NCBI RefSeq assembly: GCF_000025945.1
Contig: NC_006138.1
Span: 180,001-212,000 of the forward strand
DNA length: 32,000 nt
Reading direction: 5' to 3'
Source: Desulfotalea psychrophila LSv54
GTDB lineage: Bacteria; Desulfobacterota; Desulfobulbia; Desulfobulbales; Desulfocapsaceae
Made by a program: the position numbers and the translations under genes
In this document: positions 27,547 to 32,000 of the stretch, piece after piece
Layout of the letters: each line of letters starts with the position of its first letter
How positions within the stretch are numbered: the stretch's first letter is position 1
Notes under the pieces: model-generated
The model's input: only the letters and a program-made list of their open reading frames with translations
Told to the model about the DNA's origin: nothing
The model's database searches: none

Positions 27547-28629
27547 CTAACCCACACGCTCAACCCATTTGAATGGATCTTCCAGCTCGCCATACTGAAT
27601 ACCCTGAAGCTCGGCATAGAGTCTCTGCGAGAGTTCTCCAGCCTTACCAGCATTAATGATATAGCTCTTATCCTTATAGACAATTTCACCTACAGGGGAG
27701 ATTACAGCAGCCGTTCCTGTGCCAAAGGATTCCAGCAGAGTACCGTCTTCACTTGCCCGTAAAACTTCCTCTATGGTGATCTTGCGCTCGGAGACATTGA
27801 GGCCCCAGCTTCTGGCAAGTTTCAAAATAGAATCTCTGGTGATACCGCCAAGAATTGAACCTCCAAGCGGAGGAGTGATAAGCTCATCGCCAATACGGAA
27901 GAAGATATTACTGGTGCCCACCTCTTCCACATACTTAAACTCTTTCGCATCGAGCCAGAGGACTTGGCTACAACCTTTTTTCCTTGCAATCTCAGCAGTA
28001 TAGAGAGATGCTGCATAATTTCCGGCAGTCTTAATATTGCCAACGCCACCGGGAACTGCACGGGCCTGCTCATCACTTACGTAGATCTTGGTAGGGTTAC
28101 AACCCTCCTTATAGTATGCGCCCACGGGACTCATAATAACAAAGAAGTAGTACTTCTCGGAAGGACGGACACCAAGACTGGGCTCTACCGCAATCATGGT
28201 CGGACGAATATAGAGAGATGAACCGGGGGCCTCGGGAATCCAATCCTTTTCGAGATAGAGAAGGGCCTTCAAGCTCTTCAACACCTTGTCCACGGGCAGG
28301 CGGGGCATACAGAGACGTACTGCAGATTGATTCATCCGCTCAAGGTTATCCGTCGGACGAAACATATAGGTCTGCCCATCCTTACCCTTATAGCCCTTCA
28401 TCCCCTCAAAAATTGCCTGGCCGTAATGGAAGACCATTGCCGCAGGATCAAGGACCAAATTATGATATGGACAAATTTTTGCGTCATGCCACCCGTTCTC
28501 TCTGCTCCATGTCATCGCAAACATGTGATCGGTAAAGTCACTACCAAAACAAAGGTTCTCACTTGAAGGTTTTTCCTTTAAATTTTCGACAGATACTTTT
28601 TCAAGTGCAACATCAAGATTTTCCCACAT
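27547..28629 (-). CDS. ilvE: Branched-chain amino acid aminotransferase (long, about 360-aa form)
   Basis: Fold-type IV aminotransferase features: ..HYGQAIFEGMKGYK.., ..IRP.., ..GVGNIKTAGNYAASL.., ..EEVGTSNIFF.. and ..LGGITRDS... Confidence 0.85.
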   Translation of the reverse strand: MWENLDVALEKVSVENLKEKPSSENLCFGSDFTDHMFAMTWSRENGWHDAKICPYHNLVLDPAAMVFHYGQAIFEGMKGYKGKDGQTYMFRPTDNLERMNQSAVRLCMPRLPVDKVLKSLKALLYLEKDWIPEAPGSSLYIRPTMIAVEPSLGVRPSEKYYFFVIMSPVGAYYKEGCNPTKIYVSDEQARAVPGGVGNIKTAGNYAASLYTAEIARKKGCSQVLWLDAKEFKYVEEVGTSNIFFRIGDELITPPLGGSILGGITRDSILKLARSWGLNVSERKITIEEVLRASEDGTLLESFGTGTAAVISPVGEIVYKDKSYIINAGKAGELSQRLYAELQGIQYGELEDPFKWVERVG

Positions 28630-28809
28630 AGCTCCGGCCTCCAGGCAGTACTTATTTTTCTTTTCTTAATTTATCATACGATATATACTTCACATAAGGA
28701 GTGAACATCCTACCAGAAATTCATCTTTTAGCAAAGTTCCCCGAATGTTTCGGCGAAAAAGTTAGCCTCTCCGATATATTTTCACCTTTATTTACGAGTA
28801 AGACCGCAG

Positions 28810-29907
28810 ATGAATCAACTCCCGCCACAACAGTCAGACGGAAAGCCCCTTCCCGGCCCCATGCGTATCAAGTATTTTTTGTTGGTCTTTGCCATAGCCT
28901 TCTTCTTTTTGGGCAGAATTCTATGGCCATTCTGGTCCATCCTTGTCCTCTCCTTCCTTCTGGTAAATATATTCCAGCCCGTATATCTTTTTCTAAGTAA
29001 ACAGCTACCCAGATCCGTTGCCTCCGGCCTCACCTGCCTGATGATTATCGCCTTGGTCTTTTTTCCACTCCTTTTTTTTACAGGAGCACTCACCGGCGAG
29101 GCGCTCTCCTTCTACAACTGGGTTCGAGACAGCCAAGTATGGATGCGCTTTCAGGACTTTATTCAACAGAGCCAATTTATCACCAGGATGCAGGCACCAC
29201 TGAAGGATTTCGGCATTGATTTCCAACCTGCCCAAATAACGGCCAGCCTGGCCTATTTTGCCAAGGCAGGTGGCCTTTTCCTCTACGACCAGGCCTCATC
29301 CTGGGCAGCTAATATCCTCCAGTCCGTCGCCCTCTTCTTCATCATGATCCTGGTTATATTCTTTCTCTTTATGGATCTACTAAGGCTCAAAGAGTTTCTC
29401 TTCAAACTCTCACCCCTGCCAGAAGATGAGAACAGACTACTGGTAAAAAAGTTTGAAGAAATTGCCAACGCAATCCTCAAGGGCAGTGGCATCTGTGGAA
29501 TTATTCAGGGCATCATAGGCGGAGTGCTGTTTTCAATAATGCACCTCCCCTCGCCAATACTCTGGGGTTGCATCATGTCGGTACTGGCCTTTCTCCCCAT
29601 CTTTGGTATTGGCCTGGTTATGCTACCCGCCGCCCTGGCCCTGGCCATCGATGGCCAGACGGCAACGGCCAGTAGCCTTGTCATTTCCTACTTGGTCCTC
29701 TCCCTCGGCATGGAATATCTGATAAAACCTAAGCTCGTGGGCTCACAGGTAGAGATGCACACCCTCTTGGTCTTTCTTTCCATTATTGGCGGCATATCCG
29801 TTTATGGTATTTTAGGCATCATCTACGGACCACTTATCATCACAGCATTCCTTACATTATCAAATATATACCTCAGGCGTTACGACCAATATGTACAGAT
29901 AATGTAA
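28810..29907 (+). CDS. AI-2E family (UPF0118/PerM-like) integral membrane transporter
   Basis: 365 aa with about 8 hydrophobic segments. The overall pattern (central loop ...LKGSGICGIIQGIIGGVLF..., C-terminal GGISVYGILGIIYGPLI) resembles the AI-2E family. Confidence 0.55.
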   Translation: MNQLPPQQSDGKPLPGPMRIKYFLLVFAIAFFFLGRILWPFWSILVLSFLLVNIFQPVYLFLSKQLPRSVASGLTCLMIIALVFFPLLFFTGALTGEALSFYNWVRDSQVWMRFQDFIQQSQFITRMQAPLKDFGIDFQPAQITASLAYFAKAGGLFLYDQASSWAANILQSVALFFIMILVIFFLFMDLLRLKEFLFKLSPLPEDENRLLVKKFEEIANAILKGSGICGIIQGIIGGVLFSIMHLPSPILWGCIMSVLAFLPIFGIGLVMLPAALALAIDGQTATASSLVISYLVLSLGMEYLIKPKLVGSQVEMHTLLVFLSIIGGISVYGILGIIYGPLIITAFLTLSNIYLRRYDQYVQIM

Positions 29908-29985
29908 GTGAGGGGAGAGGGGGGCTGAAAAAAGTTTACCAGAGCAGTAACAACGATAACCAGATAGAGATTAAAAGGAGATAGT

Positions 29986-30561
29986 ATGCCCAAAATTCAA
30001 GGAACCCGGACCGAACAAAATCTACTCAAATCCTTTGCCGGTGAAAGCCAGGCAAGAAATCGCTACACCTACTTTGCCAGTATCGCTCGCAAGGAAGGCT
30101 ATGTACAGATTGGTGACATCTTTGAAGAGACATCCAATCAAGAAAAAGAACATGCCAAACGTTTTTTTAAATTTCTAGAGGGTGGCAATGTAGAGATAAC
30201 GGCAAGCTTCCCTGCCGGAAGACTCGGTAACACCTCCGATAACCTTCTGGCAGCAGCAGAGGGTGAATTCGAAGAGCACTCCTCCCTCTATCCCGGCTTT
30301 GCCAAAATCGCCAGTGAAGAGGGCTTTGAAGAGATTGCCGCAGCCTGGTTGGCCATCTCCGTTGCTGAAAAACAACATGAGAAACGCTACCGTGACCTAT
30401 TGGCCAACATCAAGAGCAGCCAGGTCTTTGAACGAGCCACGGAGCAAAGCTGGCGCTGCCGTAACTGTGGCTATATCCACCATGGAACCCAAGCCCCTGA
30501 ACTCTGTGCAGCCTGCCTTCACCCCAAGGCCCACTTTGAAATACTAGGCGAAAACTGGTAG
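29986..30561 (+). CDS. rbr: Rubrerythrin
   Basis: The N-terminal ferritin-like di-iron domain has TEQNLLKSFAGESQARNRY, EEKEHA and EKQHEKR. The C-terminal rubredoxin-like domain has WRCRNCGY...CAAC. Confidence 0.9.
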   Translation: MPKIQGTRTEQNLLKSFAGESQARNRYTYFASIARKEGYVQIGDIFEETSNQEKEHAKRFFKFLEGGNVEITASFPAGRLGNTSDNLLAAAEGEFEEHSSLYPGFAKIASEEGFEEIAAAWLAISVAEKQHEKRYRDLLANIKSSQVFERATEQSWRCRNCGYIHHGTQAPELCAACLHPKAHFEILGENW

Positions 30562-30583
30562 GTTCAGCTAAACACAGCCACAA

Positions 30584-30611
30584 GGACCGGGGAGACGAAA
30601 ATCCCCGGTCC
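30584..30611. terminator. Hairpin between convergent rbr and merR-like genes
   Basis: GGACCGGGGA-gacgaaaa-TCCCCGGTCC, a 10-bp perfect stem with weak T tracts. Confidence 0.5.
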
Positions 30612-30649
30612 ACCCCTTTCAGACCTACCCCAGCCCGACCCTAAAAAGC

Positions 30650-31444
30650 CTACTCAACCATGACCTGAAGCTCGACCAAAAACTCCTGCTCATCTGCCAC
30701 GGCAAAGGCCCCCAGTAACATCTTTTCAAGGCAGGGACCAATCGCCCGCAGCCCAAACTTATCCAAATACGCATAGAGCTGTAGCCAGGATGCTGGCAAC
30801 TCGCCATAGGGACCCTTATGATAAAGATAGGCATAGTTCCCCCCGGGCATAGATTCTGCTGCCCTCCCAGGCCTAGGCACCTCCACCGCCACCCCCTTAA
30901 ATAGCTCAACCTCATCCTTCGGCTCGACAAAGATCAACAGGTCATTTATCTCCAATTTCTGGTCGGGCAGGGAGGCGTTGATGAGCTTCTTGATGGCCAC
31001 CTCCAAGGAGTAAAGGTCAAAGGGAGGTAAAACTGGCTCAGCTACAATATGCCTCTTCGGCAAGACCTTGACCCCCATTTCAAAGGGGATCAAGGCATTA
31101 TTTGCCCTCATCGACTCTATTATTGCCTTAAGATGCCTGTCGGTCTGCCTAAGTTGTTCCATCTTCTCCTGAATAAGCTGTTCCTGCCCCTCCAGCTTCT
31201 CCATACGCTCCTCAATAGAGGAGGTGTCCAGATAGTCCTTAATCTCCTTGAGGGAGATACCCAGATTTTTCAGATAGAGAACCAGCTCCAGCTCCTCAAA
31301 TTGATCCAGGGTATAGTACCTGTAGCCGCTGAGCCTGCACTTCTCCCTTGGCTGCAAGAGGTTGATCTTATCGTAATAGAGCAGGGTCTGCTTAGAAATA
31401 CCATGCAGGCGCGCCATCTCCCCTGCCATAAATCTTATCTCCAT
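30650..31444 (-). CDS. MerR-family transcriptional regulator with C-terminal GyrI-like effector-binding domain (BmrR-like)
   Basis: The N-terminal MerR HTH reads GEMARLHGISKQTLLYYDKINLLQP......GYRYY. A coiled-coil linker follows, then a C-terminal domain of about 150 aa. GGAGGA lies 3-4 nt before the ATG at 31444. Confidence 0.8.
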   Translation of the reverse strand: MEIRFMAGEMARLHGISKQTLLYYDKINLLQPREKCRLSGYRYYTLDQFEELELVLYLKNLGISLKEIKDYLDTSSIEERMEKLEGQEQLIQEKMEQLRQTDRHLKAIIESMRANNALIPFEMGVKVLPKRHIVAEPVLPPFDLYSLEVAIKKLINASLPDQKLEINDLLIFVEPKDEVELFKGVAVEVPRPGRAAESMPGGNYAYLYHKGPYGELPASWLQLYAYLDKFGLRAIGPCLEKMLLGAFAVADEQEFLVELQVMVE

Positions 31445-31462
31445 TGTTCCTCCACAATTGTC

Positions 31463-31493
31463 TTGACCATATAGTTACTATATACCGTATAAG
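31463..31493 (+). promoter_or_regulatory. MerR-type promoter/operator for the MATE gene
   Basis: TTGACC (31463-31468), a 19-bp spacer and TATAAG (31488-31493). The spacer contains the palindrome ATATAG-tta-CTATAT. Confidence 0.65.
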
Positions 31494-31540
31494 GGTGTCT
31501 CATCAGCAGGGCAACCTTTATCCGCATAGGGGAATTTTTA

Positions 31541-32000
31541 ATGAACAGCTTCTTCAGTCGACCATGGTCGAAATTTGATTTTATAAAATTTGTCACACCA
31601 TCAATCCTCAGTTTAGTCTCCATCTCCCTCTATATGGCGGTGGACGCTATTTTTATCTCCCGCTTCATCGGCACCCTGGCCATGGCAGCGGTGAACATCA
31701 TCATGCCGCTCTTCAGCATTTCCATAGGAATAGGGGTGATGGTAGCCACGGGAGCCAGCGCCACCATTGGCATAGAACTCGGCCAGGGGAAACGTGACAG
31801 AGCCAACGCTCACTTCTCTTTTGTATTTTGTTTTCTCTTCCTTGTTTTCATAGGCCTGATTATCTCTCAATGGGCCATTGGCCCGGAAAGACTGGCGCTC
31901 TGGCTCGGGGCGAGCAAGCTGCTACTGCCATACTGTGTCCAGTATCTCAACATCTTTCTCTTTGGAATCAGCGCCCTTGTTCTGCAGATGTTTTTCGAGT
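31541..32000 (+). CDS. MATE-family efflux transporter, N-terminal part (3' end lies outside the window)
   Basis: My own translation from the ATG at 31541: MNSFFSRPWSKFDFIKFVTPSILSLVSISLYMAVDAIFISRFIGTLAMAAVNIIMPLF... The frame stays open to the window end. It is absent from the ORF track because it has no stop. Confidence 0.7.
   Translation, partial: MNSFFSRPWSKFDFIKFVTPSILSLVSISLYMAVDAIFISRFIGTLAMAAVNIIMPLFSISIGIGVMVATGASATIGIELGQGKRDRANAHFSFVFCFLFLVFIGLIISQWAIGPERLALWLGASKLLLPYCVQYLNIFLFGISALVLQMFFE

Noticed and set aside
28701-29000. 99-aa plus-strand ORF overlapping the start of the AI-2E transporter gene.
   Set aside because: It is in a different frame and overlaps the better-supported 365-aa membrane protein ORF. 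It has no RBS.

Overview
This window looks like chromosomal DNA from a sulfate-reducer-like deltaproteobacterium; that taxon is inferred from gene content only. A mobile island of about 13 kb interrupts the housekeeping genes.

Housekeeping blocks:
- Left block (1-10.1 kb): the 3' part of a chemotaxis receptor gene, a SulP/STAS anion permease, tag, a complete queD-queE-queC-queF (preQ1/queuosine) cluster, a DsrC/TusE-like protein lacking the redox cysteines, two tandem single-domain PilZ paralogs and a MazG-like pyrophosphohydrolase.
- Right block (24.9-32 kb): tRNA-Met(CAU) with a textbook sigma70 promoter, groES-groEL (groEL has an apparent 1-nt frameshift), ilvE, an AI-2E-family transporter, rubrerythrin, and a divergent MerR/GyrI-like regulator plus MATE efflux pair with a 19-bp-spacer MerR-type promoter.

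Main feature (11885-24924): an integrative element bounded by a perfect 51-bp direct repeat of the 3' part of the tRNA-Met gene.
- It carries a P4-type tyrosine integrase, a small HTH (excisionase-like) gene, a possible AEP-like primase gene translationally coupled to a P4/D5-type SF3 helicase gene, an iteron plus AT-rich origin-like region, and a truncated IS903-like remnant.
- Its cargo is a compact CRISPR-Cas locus of type I-G (formerly I-U, 'Dpsyc'/Csb): cas7(csb1)-csb2-cas3-small unknown ORF-leader-array, with 14 repeats.
- No cas1, cas2, cas4 or full-size Cas8 gene is present.
- cas7 carries at least two reading-frame lesions.

A low-GC DUF2971 gene and a diverged copy of the island's tRNA-proximal arm lie just outside the island. 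This suggests serial insertions at this tRNA.

All functional calls come from motif and family recognition by eye. No database search was run.
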